Origin: Candidatus Foliamicus sp.
GTDB lineage: Bacteria; Pseudomonadota; Gammaproteobacteria; Steroidobacterales; Foliamicaceae
NCBI GenBank assembly: GCA_965261845.1
Contig: OZ253475.1
Span: 2,790,152 to 2,854,151 of the forward strand
Reading direction: 5' to 3'
DNA length: 64,000 nucleotides
Each line of letters opens with the position of its first letter. Position 1 is the stretch's first letter. The translations under genes and the position numbers were made by a program. Below the pieces are notes generated by a model that worked only from the letters and a program-made list of their open reading frames with translations, searched no databases and was not told the origin of the DNA. Below are positions 1-8,115 of the stretch, one piece after another.

Positions 1-2585
1 ACGCTGAAGTCGAGTTCGTCGACATCGGTGTCGGGATCGGTCCAGACTTCGAAGAGCTGCACCACGATGACGACCCTGTCCTGTTCCTGGTCCACCTCGA
101 TCGTGGTCGTGCCCGCCTTGGTCTTCGCATCAGTCTTCCGGCTGACCGACCACCTCGCGGGTGTGTCCTCGTCGGCTTCGTCGTCGGCGATGGTGGATTG
201 ACTGAACGTGGGCGCCTCGTCCGCGGCGTCCTCAAGGTCGAAGGTGATGTCCTTATCGTCCGTCTCGCCTGCGCCGTCCGTCACCGTCACCGTGATGTCA
301 ACTTCGTCGTCATCCTCGAAATCCAGGGGCTTGACCGGTGTCCTTAGATCTTTGCCCTTGTCGTCTACCGCCAGCTCCGCCGCCGACTTGGTGTGAATCT
401 CGTAGTGCACGGAATCTTCGTCCCTGCCCACTTCCATCACCTTCAAGCGATTCTTGACGTTCGTGCCTTCCTGTTTCGCCGTAAAATCGACCTCCAGCAC
501 GCCGTATGGATGCGGCGCGATGGCTACGTCATCGTCGCGGACAGAGAAAGAGGCGACCTTCTGCGAACCGGAGCCTTCCGTGTAATCGAACTCCTCGACG
601 TCACGGATGTCGGGCGTATCGTTGTCCCTGTCATCATCATCGGACAGCGCCACAGCCAGCTTGAAACTGGTCTGCGCCGAATTGTCGCCCTCGTCCGTGG
701 CAGTGACCGTGACCGTGTAGACACCACGTTCCGGCAGCATGTCCGCCTTATTGGTCATCTTTCCGGAGTCGGAAATCTGCAGCCAATCCACGACACTGCC
801 GTCGGAATCGACCACCGAAACGGTGTAGGTCAGGTCGTCGCCATCCTCGTCGGTGAAGGCCGCATCGTCTCCGGTCGTATCCAGAGCAAAGCTCAGCCAG
901 TCGCCGTCGCGCACATCTTCTTCATCCAGGTCGTCGTCTACCGTGACCCACCAGTCGCCGATAGTCTTGAGGGCGACCGGGCCGTCTCCGGCCGCAATGT
1001 CCTTGACCGTGATCTTGATCGACTGCGATATGGAAGCGTTGGTGGGATCCTCGCCTTTACCCGGCGCAGTCACCTGCCGGTCGGTAGCGGTAATCTTCAG
1101 GGTGATTTCGTCGCCTGCCTCGAAGTTCAGGGACGCGTCGTCCTTGAGCTTGAGCTGCCCGTCGGCGGTTACCTCGAACCGGGCATCGGCCTCGCCGTCC
1201 ACCTCGAAGGTGTAATCATGCTGACCGTGCGGATGCCTGGCGTCGTCGTTGTCTTGGACCCTCACCGTTCCGAGCACCGCGCCCTTGGCGTTTTCGTCCA
1301 CCTCGACGGCGGTAACGCGAACCACAACGCCGTCCTTTTCCGTCACCTGCAAATCGAGCCGGCTCGGCGCAGCGTTCTTTGCGTCGACAATCACATCGAA
1401 GGTTGCCTCGGCTGTCATGCCTCCGGCGTCCATCGCGATGATCGACAAGCCGTCAATCGAGTCGGTCATGCCGGCCGGTGACGTGCCGGAAATGGTTCCC
1501 ATGATGGTCTGATCGGCGCCGGAGCCCGCAGTGGTCACCGAGAAGGTCAACCAGCCCGGGGCATTGTCCGAAAGCCGGTAGGTGAGCGTGTCACCGTCGG
1601 GGTCCGTGAACAGCGCCTTGAGGTCCACCGTGGTGGAGTTCTCTTCGCCGCCTGCGAAAACCGCGTCGGCAACACCGGTTTCAGCAACCGAGGGGCCTTC
1701 GTTCACGTCGTTGACCGTGACGGTGACTTCCTCGACGTTCGATACTACGCCAGAGCTGTCGGTGTAGCTCACTGTGAGCATCACCTCACCACCGACCTTC
1801 TCGTAATCGAAGGTGGTGCCTTCCGTCATCGCCAGCCACAGCCCATTCTCGGGATCGAGGATGACCTGGAAGTATTCGGCCATGTCGCCGCCAAGGGTAA
1901 CGGCGTCCGCGCCTTCCTGGTGGGTCGTCGGATCGCCGGCATCGGCGTCCATGACTTCGATCAGCGCAAGAGGCGGACCTCCCTTGCCGTCATGCACCGT
2001 GTTCTCGTCTATGGTCAGGCTCGTGTTGACGTCCTTGACCGGCACAATCTCGTTGTCCCGCACATCGACCGTCGGCGCCTCGTTCACGTCACCGATCGTG
2101 ACGGTGACAGTGTGGGTGGCGGATGCGCCATCGCCACTGGCCGTGATGGTTACGTCAACCGATCCACCATCCTCGCTCTCGAAGTCAAGGCTCATGTCAT
2201 CCTTCAACTTCAAGTTGCCGCCGGCAACGCCGCCGTCAACCTCAAACCGCTTGTCGCCCACCATGATCGAGGTCGCGTTTTCAAACGCTACCGCAACCAG
2301 CGTAGCGCCGTCCATGTTCTCGTCCACCGATGCCGTGGCGTCCGCGGTGATCACCGCCGCCGGTGGAGGTGGAGGCGGAGGCGGAGGCGGAGGCGGAGGC
2401 GGAGGCGGAGGCGGAGGCGGAGGAGGCGTCGGCCGTTGCGAGCCTCCACCCCCGCAGGCGTCCAGCGCGAGCGCCAATGCGGGAATTACAAGAATATCCG
2501 CTCGCGACGGATTCTCCCGACGCTGGCGTATCGCCCCTTCAAGGCGCGCCTGCAAGAGTTTGATTACGATTCCTGACTTAGACAT
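1..2585 (-). CDS. Large cadherin-repeat / dystroglycan-type cadherin-like surface lipoprotein. N-terminal ~861 codons are present and the 3' end lies outside the window.
   Basis: The minus-strand frame is open from the window edge to the ATG at 2585-2583, preceded by AAGGAGG. It is absent from the ORF track because no stop lies in the window. The N-terminus is MSKSGIVIKLLQARLEGAIRQRRENPSRADILVIPALALALDAC-GGGGS (hydrophobic stretch plus Cys). About 24 Pro follow, then repeated ~100-aa modules with cadherin-type signatures (DVNEAPT, VNDVNEGPS, DPDGDTLTYRLSDNAPGWLTFS). Confidence 0.8.
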   Translation of the reverse strand, partial: MSKSGIVIKLLQARLEGAIRQRRENPSRADILVIPALALALDACGGGGSQRPTPPPPPPPPPPPPPPPPPPPPPPAAVITADATASVDENMDGATLVAVAFENATSIMVGDKRFEVDGGVAGGNLKLKDDMSLDFESEDGGSVDVTITASGDGASATHTVTVTIGDVNEAPTVDVRDNEIVPVKDVNTSLTIDENTVHDGKGGPPLALIEVMDADAGDPTTHQEGADAVTLGGDMAEYFQVILDPENGLWLAMTEGTTFDYEKVGGEVMLTVSYTDSSGVVSNVEEVTVTVNDVNEGPSVAETGVADAVFAGGEENSTTVDLKALFTDPDGDTLTYRLSDNAPGWLTFSVTTAGSGADQTIMGTISGTSPAGMTDSIDGLSIIAMDAGGMTAEATFDVIVDAKNAAPSRLDLQVTEKDGVVVRVTAVEVDENAKGAVLGTVRVQDNDDARHPHGQHDYTFEVDGEADARFEVTADGQLKLKDDASLNFEAGDEITLKITATDRQVTAPGKGEDPTNASISQSIKITVKDIAAGDGPVALKTIGDWWVTVDDDLDEEDVRDGDWLSFALDTTGDDAAFTDEDGDDLTYTVSVVDSDGSVVDWLQISDSGKMTNKADMLPERGVYTVTVTATDEGDNSAQTSFKLAVALSDDDDRDNDTPDIRDVEEFDYTEGSGSQKVASFSVRDDDVAIAPHPYGVLEVDFTAKQEGTNVKNRLKVMEVGRDEDSVHYEIHTKSAAELAVDDKGKDLRTPVKPLDFEDDDEVDITVTVTDGAGETDDKDITFDLEDAADEAPTFSQSTIADDEADEDTPARWSVSRKTDAKTKAGTTTIEVDQEQDRVVIVVQLFEVWTDPDTDVDELDFS
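2362..2427. repeat. GGAGGC-type hexanucleotide microsatellite encoding the poly-proline linker of the lipoprotein
   Basis: A run of ggtgga/ggaggc units, with at least 8 perfect ggaggc copies at 2371-2418. Read on the minus strand it gives CCT/CCG Pro codons. Confidence 0.9.
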
Positions 2586-2631
2586 GAGTCTGCCTCCTTA
2601 ACGAGCAGTTCCATTGGTTGAAATAGTCGAT

Positions 2632-2640
2632 CCCCCCCCC
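2632..2640. repeat. C9 (G9 on the coding strand) homopolymer, 47-55 nt upstream of the lipoprotein start codon
   Basis: tccccccccc at 2631-2640. It lies between a perfect TATAAT (minus strand, 2697-2702) and the RBS. Confidence 0.9.
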
Positions 2641-3164
2641 GAACGCACTTGCACCTAAGTGCAGCACTAAAGCCGGCGGCGAACTCCATGGGGCGGATTA
2701 TAGAGCAAATTTTTGCTTAATGCATCATGCCGTCGCACTTGTCATAATTGCAACGCGATGTACGCAAAGGTGAATCCGACCGTCCCCTGAACGGGGCTAG
2801 AGAAAAATTCCAACCAGATTGCCGCTTCACGCGACAGACCGGCATCTCGGTCGAGTTACGATTGCTCTTCCCCCCATTCCCTAATTCGTCGACTCACAGC
2901 ACGCAAAGGGATCACTAATATGTAGCGATCAAGATTGTACACGCATCGCGCCACGCGGTAACGCACGATGTCGGCAACAGCCCAATGAGGCCGGCAACAT
3001 GTGCGGCACCGTGCAGGTCACCGCCAGATCGCGCAACTCGATATCGCGCTGGGGCAAACGCAACGCGGCAGGGTAATCCGATGTCCTGGTCGACTTGGCC
3101 TGCCCCAAAAGTCGATTGAGACACGTCGATAGCCATTGCATCAGCGAGAAAGTTCAACCTCAAG

Positions 3165-3246
3165 CGGCTTATCCCCGCTGGCGCGGGGGAACACACGAGC
3201 TTGTTACCAAGCAAGGGCCTATCCCCGCTTGCGCGGGGGCAATCAC
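3165..3246 (-). CRISPR. Two-repeat type I-E mini-array (degenerate repeat, ~20-nt spacer, canonical repeat)
   Basis: Minus-strand read: TAA(cas6e), 16 nt, GTGATTGCCCCCGCGCAAGCGGGGATAGGCCC, TTGCTTGGTAACAAGCTCGT, GTGTTCCCCCGCGCCAGCGGGGATAAGCCG. The distal repeat is almost the canonical I-E repeat (E. coli GAGTTCCCCGCGCCAGCGGGGATAAACCG). The proximal repeat keeps the CCCCGC/GCGGGG stem. No third repeat was seen in the next ~500 nt. Confidence 0.7.
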
Positions 3247-3262
3247 GCGATACCCGCAACAG

Positions 3263-4042
3263 TTAGACCTGCACAGGCGCGCGCTTCGGCGGACGCAGGA
3301 GAAGCATGCCATACCCGTACGCGCGGTGTCGACCGACCCCGCACCGCAGGAGACTAGCAAAGGCGGTTGGGTCATTCACTGTCAGCACGCCGTGAAACAC
3401 CGCCTCCGGGCCTTCTATCATTTGATTTCCTCGCGCCACGCACACTCGCTGAAAGCGAGCCAGCCGGCTGGTGACCCGGTCCAATTCGGCCGCTTTGCGT
3501 AATTGCTCATCGAGCCAGTCAAGATATATGTCCTGGCGCCCGATCTTGGCGTCCGGATTCCGCAGTACGGCCAGCCAGAACGCATCGAGTTCCGTAGATC
3601 CGGCTCCGGGTTTTTCTCCCACTACGCTCCCGTTGCGCGTTTCAATCGGCCGGCTGACCCTGCGCACCGGCCGTGCCTGCACATCAAACCCCAGCCGCTG
3701 CCCTTCGCGCCATTGGTTTGGCATGGGTTTGGTGGTGATCCGGGCCGCGTCCAGCACGGACAAGTGTTCGGGCCACGCAAAGTTCGCTGCCGCTTCACGC
3801 AACTCCGTACCGTCCTTCCTGGAGTATGCGTACAGGTTCCCTGCCGAACTTCTTGGCGGCACCATCAGACGAAACGGGCTCAGGACCTGACGACCGAAGA
3901 CCTCCGTAAGCAGGTGGTGGAGCGCGCGGCCGCGGTCCAAGCGCGCGTGCGCGTTGCCTCGCCGTACCCAGCCGCGCTCGCCCACCCAGCGAGCCAACTG
4001 GTCTAGTCGAACAGGAACGCGAACGAGAAAGAAGCCCTTCAC
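3263..4042 (-). CDS. cas6e: Cas6e (CasE/Cse3) crRNA endoribonuclease
   Basis: The C-terminus GVLTVNDPTAFASLLRCGVGRHRAYGYGMLLLRP matches the Cas6e signature (E. coli GVLTINDAPALIDLVQQGIGPAKSMGCGLLSL). The preferred start is the GTG at 4042, which overlaps the cas5e stop (GTGA). The track ATG at 4096 is an alternative. Confidence 0.85.
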   Translation of the reverse strand: MKGFFLVRVPVRLDQLARWVGERGWVRRGNAHARLDRGRALHHLLTEVFGRQVLSPFRLMVPPRSSAGNLYAYSRKDGTELREAAANFAWPEHLSVLDAARITTKPMPNQWREGQRLGFDVQARPVRRVSRPIETRNGSVVGEKPGAGSTELDAFWLAVLRNPDAKIGRQDIYLDWLDEQLRKAAELDRVTSRLARFQRVCVARGNQMIEGPEAVFHGVLTVNDPTAFASLLRCGVGRHRAYGYGMLLLRPPKRAPVQV

Positions 4043-4761
4043 GGCACCCAACCCTCCACGACGCGTCGGCTGCCACTGTGCAATCCAGTGCGCCATTTGC
4101 GCAGATCCGCCCGTTCAACAAGCCGGTCCACATGCGCCCCACGCTCCGGCCCCTCGCCCACCGGCCACAGCGCCCGCCTGCGAGCTGACGATGATTGGTC
4201 CGCCGCGACGGCACAAAGCGCCGCATAGGCGTTGGGTGCCTCCACCCAACGTTCCGATTCCGGCGCTACCAGAGGCCGCGACGGCAGGCATGTCTTGCGC
4301 CCGACAAACAGGGGGCGGGCCGGGCAATCGAAGGCGTGGGCCAACGCCTCTATCGTTGGTGGCACATTGATCTGCTCCAGCCGCAATACAACGCCAACCG
4401 CCTCATCGGCAAGGTATTCGCGCCTGCGCCGGTGCGGACTGGCATAGGTTCGCCAGCCGCCTGTACGTTGCTCGGGCGCGGCCCGCGTAGTCCAGGCTGT
4501 GTCCCGACTGTTCAGTTCCGCGTTTTGCATGTCGGTCAGCAAGAAACCCTCGCGCTGCTTGTAGGCAGCGAACACGAGCCGGTCTTGCAAGACCTGATGC
4601 TGCGCTCCATCGCACCAATGCCACCCCAGCGCGTTGCCGATGAGTCCGGTGATCATGGAGGCAGCCGGAAAATCCCGAATCGGGCGCACCTGGTCCACGG
4701 CGATTCCTCCGAACGCCATCAGCGGGGCCTCGAGACGCAAGACCAGCCAATGGTGGTTCAT
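4039..4761 (-). CDS. cas5e: Cas5e (CasD)
   Basis: The N-terminus MNHHWLVLRLEAPLMAFGGIAVDQVRPIRDFPAASMITGLIGNALG is the typical Cas5e motif. Its ATG overlaps the cas7e stop (ATGA at 4758-4761). Confidence 0.85.
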   Translation of the reverse strand: MNHHWLVLRLEAPLMAFGGIAVDQVRPIRDFPAASMITGLIGNALGWHWCDGAQHQVLQDRLVFAAYKQREGFLLTDMQNAELNSRDTAWTTRAAPEQRTGGWRTYASPHRRRREYLADEAVGVVLRLEQINVPPTIEALAHAFDCPARPLFVGRKTCLPSRPLVAPESERWVEAPNAYAALCAVAADQSSSARRRALWPVGEGPERGAHVDRLVERADLRKWRTGLHSGSRRVVEGWVP

Positions 4762-5948
4762 TGCGGCAACTGCTGCGGCAAACCCCGGGCCCAAGACGCG
4801 AGATCCGCCAAAGACCCGGGTTGGACATCGGCGAAACCTACATCAGCGATCGAAAGTATGCGGCGCTGCTCACCGGTAGCGTAAACCGCGTCCAGTTTAT
4901 GCAAGTGGGCCGCCAGAACCTCGGCGGCCGCGTCCAGTTCTGGCGCGCACGGCGTGCGGAACGCCTCGGCCAGGCTGCGCGGCTGCCGGTCGCCGGCCTC
5001 CAGCAACATCAGCGACGCGCGCGAATAGGGTGCCGTCGAGCCCAATTTGGCGCCCGGTGAGACTTCGGCAATGAGATGAACCAGATTGTAGAGCACCTTC
5101 CCGGTCAGTGGGGCGCTGGACAGTTCTTCCCCCAGGTTGGCCGCCAGTGACGGGATGTCCACCACGACATACCCGTAGAACAGGCTCGAAGTCAATTCAG
5201 TTTCCTGGATGGTGGCGGCGCTCGATCCGGCTTCAAGCAGATCATCCACCGCCGTCAAGTAGTCGGTTTCCACCTCTTCCGCGTGAACCGAAAACGAATG
5301 CGCGACATGCAGCGGCCCGGTCATGTTGGCGGCGGAGTCCGACGTCACCAGGCGACCGAACAGCGCCGCCGTCAGCCCTGCGGGGAGCTGCGTGCTTTCG
5401 CGCATGGCTCTTATGTTGGCCCGAAACGATTTTTGAGGACTGCCTGTCCCGTCGCCGTCCACCCATCGCTTCGCCAACTTGAATGCGTTTTCCGCGTTTC
5501 CGTCTGCCTGGGCCATCAACCGCGCGAATTCCGTGCCCAGCCATTCAATCTCCGGCACTCCAAACAACAGCGGTTGGCGCTTGTTTTCGAACCTGGACTT
5601 CTCGCCGTGCTCTGTTGGCGCATCCTCGCGATTGAATCCATAAATGGCGAACTGAAACCACGGCGCGAGCGCTTCGACGACAGCATGGTCCCAACGCACG
5701 CCGCTTGAGCGAGCCTGCTTGATGATCTTGTCCACGAGATAGCGCGAACGAACGGACGCCACGCCAATCTTCTCCAGCGCGCGCGGATCTTCCGCCATGC
5801 GCCAATGCCGTTTCAGGCATTGCGAGGCAACGCGCGTGCGCGAGACTCCGCCGTAGGGCAGGCGCTTCGCCAGCCCATCCTCGTCGCGGTTCAGCAAGAC
5901 CCCTGTATAGGGACTTAGGGTGTGGACTTGAAGAAAGCGAGGTCTCAT
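4758..5948 (-). CDS. cas7e: Cas7e (CasC/Cse4) Cascade backbone subunit
   Basis: MRPRFLQVHTLSPYTGVLLNRDEDGLAKRLPYGGVSRTRVASQCLKRHWR matches the Cas7e N-terminal signature (FLQIH.L....NLNRDD.G.PK...fGG..R.RiSSQ.LKR). An AAGGGGA RBS is present. The ATG overlaps the upstream stop (ATGA at 5945-5948). Confidence 0.9.
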   Translation of the reverse strand: MRPRFLQVHTLSPYTGVLLNRDEDGLAKRLPYGGVSRTRVASQCLKRHWRMAEDPRALEKIGVASVRSRYLVDKIIKQARSSGVRWDHAVVEALAPWFQFAIYGFNREDAPTEHGEKSRFENKRQPLLFGVPEIEWLGTEFARLMAQADGNAENAFKLAKRWVDGDGTGSPQKSFRANIRAMRESTQLPAGLTAALFGRLVTSDSAANMTGPLHVAHSFSVHAEEVETDYLTAVDDLLEAGSSAATIQETELTSSLFYGYVVVDIPSLAANLGEELSSAPLTGKVLYNLVHLIAEVSPGAKLGSTAPYSRASLMLLEAGDRQPRSLAEAFRTPCAPELDAAAEVLAAHLHKLDAVYATGEQRRILSIADVGFADVQPGSLADLASWARGLPQQLPQ

Positions 5949-8059
5949 AAAACAATTCCCCTTCTGTGTTCGGCCGCGGACTGGGAAAGCGCCCGGTCCA
6001 AGCAACGATAGTATGGCTGGGCAATTCTCCGCCCGTCCTGCGGCGTAAGCAGAATTGCGACAATATCGGTGACATCGACTCCGGAGCCGCGCGGCATGCA
6101 CGCACTCAGCCTGCGTGCCGCCCGGTGAAGATGGCCGGCGCGCACTTGTCCTCGGGCCACAAGAAGTTGCAGCAACCTCGTCTCGCTAAGAAAAGGCCGT
6201 GCGCTGTGTTGTTCTCGTTCCAGCCAATCGCTATCGCCGCCGTCACAAAATACGGTCCCCAGCCGACGCTGCGGATCATGAAGGGGCGGACGCTCGGCGG
6301 GGTTGCCCTTCGGCGTAAGGATCGCCAAGGTCCGCACGATCGCATTCCATTCTTCTTCGCGGTCTCTTCGCCCGATCGTATCCGGGTGTCGAGCTGCGAG
6401 AGACTCAAACGCCGGCCCGCCCGTGGCGACCGGCATCCGGCGCAGCTGCGCCAATTCGTCGGCACTCATACGCTGCAGCCAGGCCGCCGCGGCGCACGCT
6501 GCATCATCTGTTCGTCTACCATTCAGCTCCTCCGATACAGACAATACAGACAATTCAGGAAATTGCTTGCGCAACCCTTTGCGGAACTGCCTGTGCGCAC
6601 GTGCTTCCGCACGATGCCGTAACGCCGAGGGACAAGGCATGGAAGAGAGACCAGTTTCAAACTCGATCCGTGCAGCGTGCCGAAGATCTTCCAAGAAGGC
6701 CTTTCGGACGCCATCGAACGACCTATTGCCGCCTTCCTGATGCGCCGCCACCCGTTTCCAAAGCGCCTCGAAGAACAACCGATCCGCGCGCCGATCAAAG
6801 CGGCTGCATGCGGTTTGCGCGTACTCGTAGTGTTTGCTTTCACTCCGCCGCCAGTCGCCCCCGGCCGCTACCGCCGCCAAAGCGTTTCTCAACAAGTTGT
6901 CAAACGCTTTGATTTCCTCCATCTGTTGCTTCGCACACTCAGCAGCGGTAGCCGACTCGTAGAACGCGCGCCCGGGCACCGGTACATGGCGTGCGTGAAA
7001 GCCCTCCGTCTTGCGCTTCCCACGCCCAAAAGCCTCCGCTACCAAGACCATGTCTTCGGACTCATGCGGGCCATATTCCGCCAGGATCGGTCGTTTCCAA
7101 TTGCCGGAAAACAGCAGCTCGTTCAGCCGAACATAAGTAAAGCCTCGTCTTCCCAGCGTAAGACTCTTGCCCTCCTTGTTCTCAACCGGGATCCAGGGAT
7201 CGCCGACGTTGCCCTTGAAAGGCCCTCCATCGGTGCGCGGTCTGCCTGAAGTGCTTCGGCGAGCTGTGATTCGCACACGTGCGTCCTCCAGCCGGACCCG
7301 TCGGCTCGTCTCAATGAACCACGGGTCCAGGTTCGGAACCTGCAATTGCTCCCCTTCCGGCCAGGGGAGACACCAGAGCAGCGCTGGGCCGCCGACAGCG
7401 CCCACACCAGAAGTCCGCGAGCCATGCAGCAGCCGGCGAACGTCTCGCGCCCACCACGCCGAAGGGCACACCGTCGTATCAAGCGCCGAGCCGGGCGCCA
7501 ATCCCAGGAGCGGGCGGCTGGATAGGCCGCTGCTCATCCGCACGATCCCATAATTGCCCTGGCCCGAATAGCCGGCCATCGTCTGCAACGAGACCAAGGC
7601 ATACAGCCAGTCCTCTGCCTCGCTCGCATAGGCGACTGCGTGCTTCTCATCGAAGTTCTTGGATGTACTTAGCATGTCCAAGTTGTCGGGAGTCGGCACC
7701 GGCTTCCATTTGAGGCCGCCAGGGTCCGGAGGCTGCAGGAAGGCTGGGCGCTCTGGATTCTCTACGATCAAACACCACGGCTCATCGTGGTCGAAATCGG
7801 TCGTCAATCCGCGCAAAAAGGCCGCCCAAGTCTCGCCATCCTCCGGCAGGCGATCCTGGTCTGCGTTCCACAAAGCCAGCGCCGCCAATTGCACCAGGAA
7901 CACGTGCCAAGCCGCACGCTGATGCGGCCGCAGGGAAACAAATCCCGCTACTTCCTGTCGCGCCATCGCCGCGAACAACCCCGGCAGCGTTAGGGCTTTT
8001 TCTTGCCTGGACCATCCGGACGCGGTAATCAGGGACTCCACCAATAGATTGTGTTTCAT
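5945..8059 (-). CDS. cas8e: Cas8e (Cse1/CasA) fused in-frame to Cas11e (Cse2/CasB), ~704 aa
   Basis: The N-terminus MKHNLLVESLI..LTLPGLFAAM.. and a length of ~515 aa fit Cse1. The C-terminal ~180 aa fit Cse2: LAQLRRMPVATGGPAFESLAARHP..EEEWNAIVRTLAIL..LSETRLLQLLVARGQVRAGHLHRAARRLS..VDVTDIVAILL..IAQPYY. It is a single uninterrupted ORF. The preferred start is the ATG at 8059 (AAGGA 8 nt upstream) rather than the track TTG at 8080. Confidence 0.8.
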   Translation of the reverse strand: MKHNLLVESLITASGWSRQEKALTLPGLFAAMARQEVAGFVSLRPHQRAAWHVFLVQLAALALWNADQDRLPEDGETWAAFLRGLTTDFDHDEPWCLIVENPERPAFLQPPDPGGLKWKPVPTPDNLDMLSTSKNFDEKHAVAYASEAEDWLYALVSLQTMAGYSGQGNYGIVRMSSGLSSRPLLGLAPGSALDTTVCPSAWWARDVRRLLHGSRTSGVGAVGGPALLWCLPWPEGEQLQVPNLDPWFIETSRRVRLEDARVRITARRSTSGRPRTDGGPFKGNVGDPWIPVENKEGKSLTLGRRGFTYVRLNELLFSGNWKRPILAEYGPHESEDMVLVAEAFGRGKRKTEGFHARHVPVPGRAFYESATAAECAKQQMEEIKAFDNLLRNALAAVAAGGDWRRSESKHYEYAQTACSRFDRRADRLFFEALWKRVAAHQEGGNRSFDGVRKAFLEDLRHAARIEFETGLSSMPCPSALRHRAEARAHRQFRKGLRKQFPELSVLSVSEELNGRRTDDAACAAAAWLQRMSADELAQLRRMPVATGGPAFESLAARHPDTIGRRDREEEWNAIVRTLAILTPKGNPAERPPLHDPQRRLGTVFCDGGDSDWLEREQHSARPFLSETRLLQLLVARGQVRAGHLHRAARRLSACMPRGSGVDVTDIVAILLTPQDGRRIAQPYYRCLDRALSQSAAEHRRGIVL

Positions 8060-8115
8060 CGCATCAATCCTTCGCGGCAATACTGGCAGTGTTTCCCTTC
8101 AATTGATACAACCGC

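Noticed and set aside
208-2601. Plus-strand ORFs across 0.2-2.6 kb, including poly-Gly, poly-Arg and (EA)n products at 1813-2601, 1920-2576 and 2363-2563.
   Set aside because: They are wrong-strand or wrong-frame readings of the cadherin-repeat lipoprotein gene and its GGAGGC microsatellite. The minus-strand frame has an RBS, a signal sequence and repeated domain signatures.
2650-3164. Looked for further CRISPR repeats or a leader distal to the two repeats.
   Set aside because: No additional copy of the CCCCGC..GCGGGG stem motif or of the ATAAGCCG handle was found. The locus is therefore reported as a two-repeat mini-array and not as a larger array.
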